The translations under genes were made by a program, and so were the position numbers. The notes beneath the pieces were generated by a model, which was not told where the DNA came from, searched no databases, and was given only the letters and a program-made list of their open reading frames with translations. From Klebsormidium nitens (taxonomy: Eukaryota > Plantae > Klebsormidiophyceae), in the NCBI GenBank assembly GCA_000708835.1, contig DF237008.1, positions 196,235 through 260,234 on the forward strand: a stretch of DNA of 64,000 nt, read 5' to 3'. Below, one piece after another: positions 13,701 to 26,128 of this stretch. The first letter of the stretch is position 1. Each line of letters starts with the position of its first letter.

Positions 13701-14863
13701 GTGCCTCATCCCGAGACATGAGGGTGAAGATCTCAGCAATCACAGGGTTTGTCTTCTGCAAGACCAAGAGGTTGAGGAAAACGGTCAGGATCATGGCCTG
13801 TAATGCTGATCGCTAATGAGAGCTTCATGGAATTCCCACAGTTGGCCATCCTCAGCAAGACCGCAGACCAAACATGATGTCATTGGGGTGCCGGAAAGGT
13901 GCCTTCAAAGCAACAACTACATCTCAACCCAAAAAGGTCCTTAGAGCTGGTGCAACCAAACAGTTATCCATCCTGAAACAAGAAACATTACGATCAGAAA
14001 CTTGCAATTGGGATCTAAAAGTTCTGTGCTTCCAGCATTCATCCTGGGCCAAAGATTTGCAACTTGTACCTTCGGGGTTGACAGGCAGTCGATGATAGAA
14101 ACCGCATCTGAGAAAGGCCTAGGGCTGATAATGACTGACTAGACTGCCCCTTCAGACGGACAGATGACTATATTCAAGGAGGCAGATACTTTGCTCATAG
14201 TAATGTGGCCTGACTGAAGGCAGCCTTATGTCTTCAAATGCTGTTTCAATAATAAACAGGCACCTTTAATACTGATGCAGGACCAAAACTATCTCGTGCA
14301 CACACGAAAGAAGCAAAACCCACCTTGAGCCTGCGGCCCAGCTCCTTGTACAGGAGGAACCCTGAGAACTCTGCCGTGCAACTCCGCTCGAGGAACTCCA
14401 CAAAAATCTTCCTCGTCGGCCCCTCCAGCTTATCCGCTGCCGCCTTGAACTCTGAGCTGCGCACAAAGTGCGTCTGGTTGTAGTCTGCCGCAAACTCCTG
14501 GAGCAGCGACACAAACTCCTCATCATTGAGGTTGGGATTGATCTCCTTGTTGAACAGCTGCTCCATCTCATCAAAGTCCGTGGTGTAGAACCGAGGGGTC
14601 AACAGGGACTCATCAATTTCGCCCTTGGCGCCCTTCCTAGGCTTGGGGGCCTCTGCTGCTGCGGCAGCCATCATCATGACCCCATTCCGCTTGGAGGCTG
14701 CGACCCCGAAGGACGCCGGCGCAGCAAAGCTGCTTGCTGAGCTCTTCAGAGCGAGTGCCCTGGAGCAACAAGGGGCGCTCCGCCCAGTCTGAGAAGCGCT
14801 GCGCTCGACCACCTGGAAGGAGGCCAGCGACCCCGCGCGCAGGGCAACGGTTGAGGAAGCCAT
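10755..14863 (-). CDS. CHL27: Mg-protoporphyrin IX monomethyl ester oxidative cyclase (CHL27/CRD1/AcsF), 432 aa, with plastid transit peptide
   Basis: Five exons: 14863-14324, 13755-13691, 12466-12139, 11520-11422, 11021-10755. All introns are GT-AG and phases match (1299 nt). Motifs: [87 protein letters not shown]. The N-terminus is Ser/Ala-rich. Confidence 0.98.
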
Positions 14864-15893
14864 GGCAACGTCTTCTGCAGCTAAACCGACAGCTACACGG
14901 ATCGTCTCTCCTAACCAATGGCAATGGCGTCTATCGCCTCAAGCAAAACGCCAAGTCCTTGTGAACGAATCTCCTTCTGCCGCCACACTTTGCTGCAACA
15001 AGAAGGGCTCCTGCAAATTAAGCAGGGCGAATGTGCATCTTTCTTCTCATTGCTTCCTCAGACTTTGGGTACCGGGTATGTACCAGAAAGGAACCGCACA
15101 GGCATTCTGGTCATCGCGTCGAAGATACTCCTGCGTGAGAAGCGCCACGTAGCTTCGACGGATATCCTTGCCGGCCAGACACAAAGATAGAATCTGTTGC
15201 TGGCGCCTGATTGGCTGCCATGCTCCGAAAGTGTCCTGAGATTGGATAAGAAGATTCGAGGAAGATTTGGAAGCTCTGACGTCGACCTCGGTGGCTTGCG
15301 AACTACGCTGGCCGTCGATGCATGCGCCAGCGCGCGTGCACGCAAAACAATGCGTGTCCTTGGAAATAACTTAAACAATGGACACGAGGCGCTTGGATTC
15401 TGTACATATTATCTGCGCTCATGCCAGCTCATGCCAGATGCCAAAGGCCTGCAGAAGTATCCTCAATATCTTCACACTGAGCCACTATGATGCAGCTTTC
15501 AAAGCTTCTTTGCAAGTGACTGTGGTGAGAGGTGCCTCTCAGCCACATAGAGTGCATCTAGAGCTCTGTTCCGCAAATTGCCGACACGGGGCCTTCAAGT
15601 TTGAAAAGCAAGAATCTGCACCTTGAAGACTTTTTTACATACGTGAGGTCCTTCGCTGAAGGACTGGTCAATCTGCTCGCTGGCACCAGCTCCTGCCAAC
15701 TCAAGTGCGGGCCGCTTCTGCTGCCTGGTCATGTTGTCAACTAGAAACTCTAACAGCTTGCGCAAGCTCTCTGGCAGGCCATAGTGTGAGTTATAAGCCT
15801 CCAGATTTGGAGCAGAAGTAGACTCAATAAGCGTCATTTTCAACTGGCCAGTCACCAGATTGCAGCAACTCTACTTGAACCACAACAGGCCAC
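14864..15893. promoter_or_regulatory. Divergent promoter / 5' leader region shared by CHL27 and EFHB
   Basis: Lies between the CHL27 ATG (14863, -) and the EFHB ATG (15894, +). Contains a G-box-like CCACGT (~15144), GATAAG (~15246) and two GTAC (15069, 15080). Function of these motifs is inferred only. Confidence 0.55.
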
Positions 15894-18800
15894 ATGGCGG
15901 CCAGTCTGCGAACGGGCACCTGGGATACAACGCCCCACATCCGTGCGGTAAGAGCTCTGAAGTTCAGCTGCCGAACTGCAACTGGAAACAGGGATGCAAG
16001 GATCCAACACCTCATGGGCCGCTGTCGGGCAACTGTATGAGCAGCTTTCTGTAGCTGACATGCATATCAAACATTTGCTGTGTTTGCCTCTGGTTAATGA
16101 TAATAGGAGCTAGCTACACGAAATGCACGAGTGCCTCGATACAATCACAGTCAACAATTACACAGCTGCCAGGTCCTTGTCGTGAAGTTCCCCGAATGTC
16201 TCCAGTCTGTGGTTCAGAAGCAGCATTGAGCGGATGCAGACTGCACAGCTCACCACTGAGCGCCTGCCAATGATTGTCTTGTCTCGCGACAGAAAGTCAG
16301 CTAACAACCGGCAGTGATATGCTACGAGTCCACTTTATCACCACCCAACGGCTGTATGACTTGGTTTACTCGTCCAACCTGCAGGCGGGGCGGCATTCTT
16401 CCAAGCCAGAAGGTGCTGCAGTCTGCCTGCAGCCAGACGAGAACGCCGGCGAGCGTCCGGAAACCCCGCCAGAAATCAAAAAGTGAGGTGACATGGCCCT
16501 TGTTGGAACTCTGCAAGCTGACTGTCTCTCAGACACAGGGGCAGCTTGACTGCTTTTCGTCCCCGTTATGTCCGTTCATGACTTGCTGCCACTCAGATGA
16601 CCTTCGCAGATCAAAGGAAAACATGTATGGCTTGCTCATAACTTGCACTGCTCCTCATGCAATGCTTGTGATATCGCATGATACAAGATTTGCAGTTTTG
16701 CTCACACGAGGCAGGCTTGCTTTTCTGCTCCGACCTCGACAGCAGCTTGATCAGAGCCCTGAGCAAACCGTTATTTGTGTAGTCCGCTGACGCTTCCTTT
16801 CCTGGGATGCAGGTACCGCAAGTCCACGCGGTACGAACCGGGCAAGGTCGTAAAGCACTATGGGCTGGCGGATGATAAAGTCCCACTCAGGGAGAACCAG
16901 GCCTTTGGAATGAAGAAGGAGAAGACGGCGGATGACAATGTGAGAGCGACCGTTTTCTTGCACTGGTTGTTCGTTTCGGAGCTTTTACTACGTTTCGATC
17001 TGAGTACGGACGACAATTGCACCGGTAGGGCGCGTTTGAGGATGACGGAAAGTATGAAGGACGAATTGTAATAAAGAGTTAAGCAATCGACTAATGAGAC
17101 TTCAAAGTTGATTTATTTGGTACCATGGGCGGCTGTTTCTTCATTTTGCACAGGTCTTGAGCGCAGGCGAATTAAAAATTTGGACGCTGGCGAGTTGAGC
17201 GAGCTTGCACCGTTTTCGAACACTCTGGAATCTCCTCAGATCGAGTTCTCAAATAGACGTTGGCTGCCTTGCACGGAGTTGATCGCCAGACCTTGGATTT
17301 GATACACCGCCTTACAGACACCCTGCCACCTGTGAAGCTGACATTCCCTTCACCTGCAAGGGTCGTGTTCCTCTCAAAAAGCAGCATACAGGCTTTCTTT
17401 CCAAAACTTCGATCTTGCCACAGGTCGCATCGGTGATAAGAGCGACGCCTGAGTCGGCGATGCTCAAGTGGCACCAGGAACGGAAAGAGGACATATACGC
17501 CAGCACCAAGCGGGAGCCCCTTGGAAAGCCTATGAGCAGGGGATATGTTATCCCCGACGAACTTGGCACCACGAAGGCGTTTGGCAGCTTCATTGATGCG
17601 AGTAAGTGCTTCGCTGCGGAGAGAAACAACATTGTCGCTGAGGGGCTTTTTGCGAGGAGCTGACTCGTTGATTGGGAATTTTCAAACCTGGAGAATCTGA
17701 AAAGCCGTTTTGAGTCTCAAAAGATGTCAAGAGACGTCCTTGACGGTGGCTAATATACGCATGCGCATAGCGTATTGAACAACAAAGCGCGAATGCGCCA
17801 CGGTGCATTGGGAGAAAGCCTAAGCCTTGAGACAGTGCGTCGTTCTGTTCGTAGGATATGATCTCGCATGGGCGCTGTTCTTAAACTGCTGGACGAAGTT
17901 GGGTTCTGACAACTTGGCTTTTATCCGCTCGGAGTCTGCTTATGGACGCTCGAAATCTGCTCTTAACGGCTCAATAACCGATGGTGAATGCTCGGAAACT
18001 GCTCGTAAACGCTCGGAAACTGCTATAGTATACTGCGGACACCTATCAAAGCAGGTGTATTGGGGGCACCAATTTACGGACCGCACTGATTTGCTTCAAG
18101 GGCTCGTTGACAAGTGACAAGTGGGTCGCCCCTTTTGAGTATCATCTGACGGCGAAGTATCCCCGCCACCACTCGGGAAGCAAGAACGTCATCTCCACAG
18201 ATTTGAACCTCCTCGAACGAAGTACACTCCATCACGATGTTACGAAAACCCTCCGATTTAATATCCTCATCCGTTTATATAGGTTTGATCAATTGTGGAC
18301 CCCTGTTGAAAATCCTTTTTTAGGCGCTGCAACACTACATCCGCGCGCTCTCATCAGCTCCCTGAAACCATCGCTGTCGCCTTTATCGCTTGTCAAACCC
18401 TGTTTCACCATCTTTTTTAAGCGTTACAACACTGGGCCGGCGTCTCTAACCAAATTCCTAAACCCCTCTGTTCCGCAGATTACCCGCAGCCGGCACCCCG
18501 AGACCAAGGATGTCATCTCCACAGACTCGGACCACGTTTAACGAAGCACAATCTTTCACGAAGAACCTCGTCTCCACTAACCTCATCCAATTACTCACTC
18601 ATGGAACCCTGTTTCACTGTCGTTTTTAGCGCTACACCATTCGACCCGTTTCTATCCAACTTGAATTACCCCCTTATCCCGCAGAGTACCGCAGCCGGCA
18701 CCCCGAGACCAAGGACGTCATCTTCAATGCCCGGGAGGGCTTGGACGAGAACGAGCAGACTCACAATGCTTACGTCAAGACGCACGGGGATTACGGCCCG

Positions 18801-21800
18801 GGGGAGCAACGGCGCAGAAACTACGACTGGGACAATACACCGGTGAAGGACCCGGCGAACCACAAGTTCGGAGTGACGGACACGGAGGGTCGCCACTGCG
18901 GGGGGGTCGCGGCGCTGCTAAACCATGGGGAGGACGACAGGTGGGGCGACCAATGATTGCCGAAGACGCTTGATGCGTATTGATGCCGGAGCTAGGTTCA
19001 GATTCAGGTGGTTTCAGCAACTCGGTCAAGGACGAGTTCTTAAATACCTCTCATCGGTCCTCGTCTCGACGATGTCTTGGCTCGTAGATTCATGTCCTCG
19101 GACGCTTTGCGTTACACTCTGCATTCGATCGTTCGAGTTCCCTGCCAGGTGATTAGTCCTTAAAGTACGGGGAGCACTGTTCATTTCAGAAGTTTTGCCT
19201 TTGGTTATGATCAAAGGATGGGGAGGTTCACATTCGAACGACACGGGCGCTTTGCCGCAGATTGACGGCCAAGATCGTGGACAAGAAGGTGGAGGATTTC
19301 AAGGCCATCGATGCGGACGAGCTCGGGCGTCCAAAGAGCTTGTGGTGAGGGCCGTAAACTTTTCAACGAAAACTTCTCGCCGTGACCTTGCAGTTTTGAG
19401 TGCGAGGTCCTTTTTCTGGTTGTGTCAGTGCTAGTTTTCCGGTTGAGATGGGTCACTCGCGCTTTACAAGGACTCGCGCTTTCAACGTACACCTTCAAGC
19501 GCGCAGGGCATTTGTTTCAGAGGAACCTTATAGCGTATTGCACACGGTATATGCAAGAGCTGTATACATCGCGAGGCCCGAAGGATTTGTCTCGGTTGAA
19601 CAATCGGTGTGAGAGCATCTGAGGAATGCTATCCGGTCGCCGCATAAATCCTCTCGCACGTCTTTATTGCACCTTTGCAGCTGCCAAGTTGTACTTAGGT
19701 AACCAAGCCTCCTTACCTTAACTTTTGCAGTCTGGGGATGGAGCGGAACGAAGATCACGTGTTTGGAATGCCCACAAGAAGGAAGGAGGAGTGGGACGCG
19801 GCACAGCTCATTCGAGGAGGATACTCGGAAGTAACTTTCTGAACTGCAGATCGCGAACGCTTTTGACAAGACTTCAAGCGAAGGGAATCATAGCAGGAAC
19901 TTCGCATTTCGCGGGGCCTCTGTCATATGTCACCCTTAACAAAGATGAAGGGCCGATCGTGGGCGAATCAAAGAGAGACGTCTTATGTGATTCTGTTTTT
20001 GACCCCTTTTGAAGACACCCCGGTTGATGAGTCGTATCAACGCGGCCGCACTTTAATGAGAGTGCGCAACAGAATCTGCTTACTAATAAGATGACCTCTT
20101 CGCGCTCCAGGGGTTTCCAGTTGAGAGGCTAATTTTCGAACGGCACTGACTATAAGTCCTGGTCCAGCGAGATCAATCAAGCATACGATTGCCTGCTATA
20201 GCGAGCCTACTTAAGATCGGTTACCAAACCTCCTTGCTGCTTTTTGCGAACAAATACTTTCGGACGTCCAATTGTTTACTAAAGGAAACGTCCTGAAACC
20301 GGAACAGTGGCTGACGCCGTTTCTCGGACGCTTTTTAGATAGTCGCAACTTGACTTTGTGTAAGAACGATCAACCGGCAACGCTCTGGTTCGGATCACCG
20401 CTGTGAAGTTGGCGGTTCACAAGAATCGAAAAGCCGCCTGATGCGTACGTTTTCGGACACTTTTTCCAGGAGCAGCAGCAGCCGGACGCGGACCTGGGGC
20501 GGTCCGTCCGCAGGAACTACACGAACGGCGGCGACAGTGAGTGTCGTCGCGCTGCGGACTGGGTCAAAGGTCTTTCCGTTGGGAAGCGGAAGCACAATGA
20601 GACGGAACGGCCGCGGAACGGCTGTAGTCGTCGAAACGCTTCTGACGGCCATCGCATCTTTGCACTGATCGGTCTCGATTTTCCAAAGGCATAGGAAGTG
20701 TTTCGAAGCTGATGCTGCCAGCGGATAGGCTCAAAGTAAATTCACGTAGGGATGGCGAGTCCCTGCGTCGATTACTTATAATCTCGGTGCTGAGAGGAAG
20801 TTCCTGCCTCATACCAGAAAGTGATTGTCAAGTTTTAACGGATCAACCCTGGCTGCGATTTGTCTGTGACCTTTAGTTCTTGTGCGCTAGTGACCGCAAC
20901 TCCGCCTCTCTGTGTACAGCCCACGACCGGATCTTCGGAGTACCGACCATCAGGAGAGACGTCGTGCGGCATGGCAAGATTCGGTCTGTGGCTGACAACC
21001 AGGTAAGTCGCGCTTGCACCAGTTTGTACCTTCCGAACAGAGTGTTTCGAAAGTCGTCGCCGTCGGTCGAAAATCGGAATCCCAAGTTACGCGTCGATTG
21101 GAAGAACATGACTGACGCATGTCAATCTTCCGGCCCGGGCTCTTTGGATTGAGCAGAACGATTGAAAGAGATGAAGGTATACTGTGAAGATTATTTTTTG
21201 GTCCGAAAGAAGAGAGGTCGAGAAGCGTAAGCCAGCAGCTTTTGGTCATTCCTGTGGTTTCTGTGGTGGACCTTATAGTCTGAAAGCCGACAGACAGGTT
21301 AAGATCGGACTCACTCTAAAGAGGAGAGGAGAATGAGCACGGGCGCTTTCGCATCTATTCCTGAGATTTGAGAAGTTGGCACTGAGCTGCCACTCTCTGC
21401 ACATTCTGCCGACGTCTTCATTCTTCAAACGGTACGGCCGCGGCAAACGAACGGGGCGCGGCACGGCTGCCGAATCCATCATCGAAAGGAAGATTGAGCA
21501 TCTGAGTTTGAGCTGACGTCATCTTCCTTTCTATCTGCTGACGCCCCAATTTATGCGCAGGCGAGCTTCGGCGACGAGCGCGACGCGGCCCGGCTGCTAA
21601 GCCTCGTCCAAGAACAGTTCTTATAGGCATTTCATGTCGAGCTGGCGTCGTCTTTCTCTCTTTTCTGCTGACGTACTCTTCTACGCACGCGCGCACAAAC
21701 AACGAGCGCAATGCGGCTGCTGCAGCCTGTCTTTACTGCGTTCCTATAAAGTCGAGCTGACGTCATCTTCGCTTTCCCTGCTGACGTCACCGTTTACGCG

Positions 21801-23036
21801 CGCAGAACTACGGCGACGAGCGCGATGCGGCCCGGCTGCTGAAGCCTCTACCAACAGACTTCATTGCGTTGCTTATAGAGTCGAGCTGACGTCATCTTTG
21901 CTTTCCCTGCTGACGTCACCTTTTACGCGCGCAGAACTACGGCGATGATCCCGACGCGGCCCGTCTGCTGAAACCTCTCCCGACAGCACCGTAGTGCGTT
22001 GCTTCTGGCCTGAAGCTGACATCATCACACTCTCTTTTGCTGACGCACAATCTGCGCGCGCGCAGAAGTATGGCGACGAGCCGGACGCGGCCCGGCTGCT
22101 GAAGCCTCTCCCGAAAGCACCGTACTGCATTGCTTCTGGCCTGGAGCTGACATCATCATTCTCTCTTTTGCTGACGCACAATCTGCGCGCGCGCAGAACT
22201 ATGGCGACGAGCCCGACGCGGCCCGGCTGCTGAAGCCTCTCCCGGGCGCCGACCGGGGCGTGACCGAGGAGGACTACCTGCAGGCCATGAGCCGGCCGGA
22301 GGTACGTACCGCGTTACCTTCTTCAATCTAGGTCTGACAGCCTCTGAGAGGTAATCAAACGCTGACTCGCAGCCGACTCCTCGAAGCGCTTTGATTCCGA
22401 CGAAAATCAGAGCACGTGATCGAAGGAATGCGTCGAGAATGTAGAAGTGAAGAAGAACTGTTTTTCTCTGTATCTCCTAAAGCCCTGTTAGCCCCGCAAG
22501 AAGAGGAACCGCTTGGATTCGGTGTGTTTAGTGGCAAAGGACGGGAAACTGAGGTGCGCCTGATATGGAGGGTGGCTTTCAAGCGCGACGACCAACACGT
22601 TGCAACTCCTGGAAATCATTCTGAGCACCAAACATCCTGGTGAAGACACTTGGGTTATGGCTTGAGGGAACCGAAGTTTGCGTGGCAGCCACATAGCCGC
22701 TCGTCCTTGCGAATCTTCGCCAAAGCGTCAGAAAAAACGAAACATGATAGGAGAACGAACAAACTGTATGACTGCGCCACACTGTCACATCCGTCTCTTC
22801 CCTCCATCTTTGCCACTGTGACGTAACTTTTCAAGGCTGTGGAACGGACGCCCTTGGGCTGTGTTTTCCGGCAGATGTACGCGTTCATGAACCGGGCGGG
22901 CATCGACCTGGAAGACGGGACGTTCGAGGCCGTTTTCGACCGGGCCATGCAGTTAGAGGACTACAGGAACGCGCCAGAAGGGGGCGAGGACCGATGCTCG
23001 CTCGAAGCCTTCCGAAGGGTCCTTCACGCGACGTGA
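15894..23036 (+). CDS. EFHB: EFHB / CFAP21 (FAP21) ciliary microtubule inner protein homologue, ~437 aa
   Basis: Eleven exons: 15894-15947, 16385-16482, 16813-16939, 17424-17601, 18685-18940, 19261-19344, 19731-19830, 20470-20536, 20920-21002, 22197-22301, 22875-23036 (1314 nt, phases match). Blocks that match remembered EFHB sequence: PHIRAAGR, RPETPPEIKKYRK, KEDIYASTKREPLGK, HNAYVKTHGDYGPGEQRRRNY, KIVDKKVEDFK, IFGVPTIRRD, NYGDEPDAARLLKP, GVTEEDY, CSLEAFRRVL. Confidence 0.9.
18150..18725 (+). repeat. Intronic tandem copies (3 units) of the acceptor and 5' end of EFHB exon 5
   Basis: CGCAGCCGGCACCCCGAGACCAAGGA.GTCATCT occurs at ~18485 and in the real exon (~18690), with a more diverged copy at ~18155-18195. 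The flanking intronic block CCCTGTTTCAC...TTTTT.AGCG.TACA is also repeated (~18300, ~18399, ~18608). Confidence 0.85.
21384..22244 (+). repeat. Seven-unit tandem array (~115-131 bp) of branch point + acceptor + first ~48 nt of EFHB exon 10
   Basis: Units start at 21384, 21510, 21639, 21754, 21883, 22013 and 22144 (GAGCTGAC..., GCTGAC..., GCGCAG|AACTA.GGCGA.GA...GACGCGGCCCGGCTGCTGAAGCCTCT). Only the last unit continues as the true exon. Confidence 0.95.
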
Positions 23037-24172
23037 CTCTGATGAGCTGACTAAGTTTTCCTTTATTCTCACGCTTTGCTCTTGGGCACTTTTGACAGTA
23101 TTTATTGAGCTTTACTTCCGATCCCAGCCGTTGTGCGGACTGGTGTAAGTCTTCTACCACAGGGCTATGAAGCCTTCGAATGGGCGTCCTGTAAGGCTCT
23201 TGATATTCAAGTGAGTCGCTGAGAAACTCTGCAAGGGTAATGCGACTATGCAATTGAGATATAGCACATTTGATGGTTTGTGTGCCAATGCTGCTACTCA
23301 AAGTTTCATGCCCACAGTACTGAGGCTCGTACATGTAAGCACGTCATGCGTGATAGCTCAGATCTCAAGTCACGTTGCGAGCTAATTGACGCGTCCAGAT
23401 GTCCGTTTACTTTTGATCATGAGCTAGGAATGATGCTGGCGACTTGAACTCCAAAGTCGCAAGACCAAAAGTTAGCACGTGTAACGAATCTTTGTGACAT
23501 AGCCCACATCTTACCATTGAATCATATGTGAGCGCGTCATGCAAAGAAGCCACGGGGATCGATACAGTATACATGTACACTAGCTTCCAGCTCTCAAGTC
23601 GCACTGGCACGCGTTGTGTTCTTGGGATGGTTCGCATAGATGAGTCTCGCTTTATTGCATTGTGATTTGTTTAAGCTATAGCAAAGTCACTTTGAGTCTC
23701 ACAATCTGACAAACAATGTCCCTTGTATGCTGAGTATGCAAGCTAGAGAAGATCAGTGCTCCGTGTTTCGTGTCACATATGAACATGCGACGTGTATAAA
23801 CATATGGAGACTACACACTTGAACGGGCATATACCTTAGGACACGTATAAGCATCATAACAGCTACTGCGAAGCTGCCTCGCTTCCAGACAACCACTCAT
23901 ACCTTTATCGAGAAAGTATTCAGAATTGCAAGTGCCTGCTGAGAAATACTTGCAATGAAGAATCTTCTCATTAAAGACTATCTGCTCATTCGAGTCCTCA
24001 AGGCACCTCTTTTGCGATCTTAAACCTTTCAGTATAAAGGAGACTGAATTCTCATAGCTCTCGTGCTACTCCTATGTACACACCCCGACCCTGACCCGAG
24101 ACATTATTACCGACTGTACAATCGATGCCACGTGTCATCTCGTCAATGGTCGTCTCGAAGACGCTCGTGCGT

Positions 24173-26128
24173 CTATCCGGCCCCCGGGTCTAGCGGCCCC
24201 TCCTTCACCGGGATCTCCTTTACGTCACGGGGCTCTCCCTACAGAGAAAGAATTTGAGTTGTCTTCTGGGCGTTTTCTGCTCGCTTGTCGCTCTTTCGCT
24301 TCATCGAGTTCACGCAGAGTGGTTGTTCTGAACGGAAATACCGCCTTCAAGAATAGAAAGGCTTCTCGGAAGAACTTTCATGTCTGATTGTCAACGAGTT
24401 CAGACGGTCAATCTCCCGACGCTCCGTTCGCTCGAGGGAGGTTCCACCATTTTGTGCCAATCGGTCGTTAACGCTACCTGCGAGACATCCTATCTGAGGA
24501 TGATTCGGGGATGAAAAATCAAAACAGGACGCAACACCCGTTCGCACAGTTTACACCAACTCTCGGAAGTTCTATTTCGATACGATTTGACAGCTGCCTC
24601 ATTCACCGCGGAGCCTAACCCGAGCCAAAAATACAACGCCTGAAAGCAGAGCCTCACACTCGAGAATGCAACGAAGTCACTCAGTCAACGACGCATCTTT
24701 CGAAGGATGACCCACCTAGTCATGCCCATCAGCGCCCGCATTACGTTACCCCGTTCAGGTTCCGTGAGTGTTCCGCTATCAAGAAAACGGAGTTCCAAAA
24801 AGCGAACAAAGCGCCGCTGTTATTAGTCCCAAATCGAAGCTGCTCACCCTCCTTTCCCCTGGGGCCGAGCCCTCCTCTCCCGACACCGTGGTGACGTCAC
24901 CACGGGCGTCGTCGCCCATGTCATCTCCCGCGGCGCCAGCGTCTCCCGAGCCGGTATATCCGCCGGCATATGCGGCCCCGTAACCGGCCTGGTAACCCGT
25001 CTGGTAACCGGACTGGTAACCGGACTGGTAGTCCGCCTGGCCGGAGCCCATCTGTGCGAACGCGCCGGGGTTGCCTCCCCCGGTGGTTTGGCCGTAACCC
25101 TGCTGGCTGGGGTCAGCGTAACCTGAGACAGAGAAATGGAACGGAAAGAAGGTTTGCAAGCAAATCGTGCAGAAAGTCTTCGGTACGAGATCTTTGATAC
25201 GAGCTTGAATCATGTGTAGAGAATGATGAACCGAAAATCCCGAGTGCATTCTCACTGAGGCAGATTTGGAGTTGACTCGGGGTAACTCCGGAGTCGCTCA
25301 GCAGTCTGTATCAACTTCAACGAAGGTCTGCCTGCTTAAAACTTTCCGAGAGATCTTCTCGAGCGACATGCTCGAAGCGGAAAGAACTGGATTTTCCGAT
25401 ATGATTTCAAAAGAGCTGCGAGTTCTCTGTCATGCAGACTTAAATTGTTGAATTTGTCACTGATGTAGATGAAGCAGAGAATTCGCATGCAGAAGCTGCT
25501 CAAGCGTAGAGTAGATAATTGGTGAAAAAGAGCTGAGAAGACGACAGAGGGAGAACTTTCAAATCGTAGTAGACAATCTCGAACAGAGCTCGCACTGAAG
25601 GGGAATACCGCCAATGATGTGGATAATCGATCCAACGTTTTTCAAAGCTTCTGCATGTGCGTTTTCAAGACTGCTCGAGGGAGCTCTCGCTGACAGCCTT
25701 GCAGATTGTTATGCATGCTCCAATCTTTTTCTCATTCCTTCAGAACCCTTCTTCGTAGATACGATGAAAATCTGGAACAAAAGGTGAATGCTCCTCCGTC
25801 AGAAGCATTCATTTTATGAACTGATAACAAGCAGGAACTCAAATACACTCGACCATTGTCTGTATCCAGCAATGGATCAGTGGCCGTCCAGTGAAAGTGT
25901 TCCAATATAAAACTTCCGCAAGGTCTAAGCGAAATTCTAAAACTCCAAGCTCGGTGCAAGGGCTTATGCGAGAGAGTCACATCAGATATTGGCACACAAG
26001 ACTGAATTTCCTGGTGCATGAGCAGGAAAATTTCCATCTGCTCGGATCCTCTCACCTGCTTGTTGCTGCTGGCCGCCTTGGCCGGCCGTGCCGCCGAAAT
26101 CGAACGTCCTGTCGGTCTGCTGGCTCAT
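24173..26128 (-). CDS. Small Gly/Gln/Tyr-rich hydrophilic low-complexity protein, 137 aa (hydrophilin/LEA-like composition)
   Basis: Three exons: 26128-26056, 25122-24848, 24238-24173 (414 nt). Introns are GT-AG and phases 1 and 0 match. Product MSQQTDRTFDFGGTAGQGGQQQQAGYADPSQQGYGQ...YQSGYQSGYQTGYQAGY...GEPRDVKEIPVKEGPLDPGAG*. Confidence 0.75.

Noticed and set aside
15560-15850. Weak resemblance to a LINE RT C-terminal zinc-finger/W-rich region
   Set aside because: Needs several assumed repairs, and the region is better explained as EFHB leader/intron just before the 15894 start exon.
21384-22244. CRISPR-like appearance of the regular repeat array
   Set aside because: These are long degenerate tandem units derived from the host exon in a eukaryotic intron, with no unique spacers and no cas genes.
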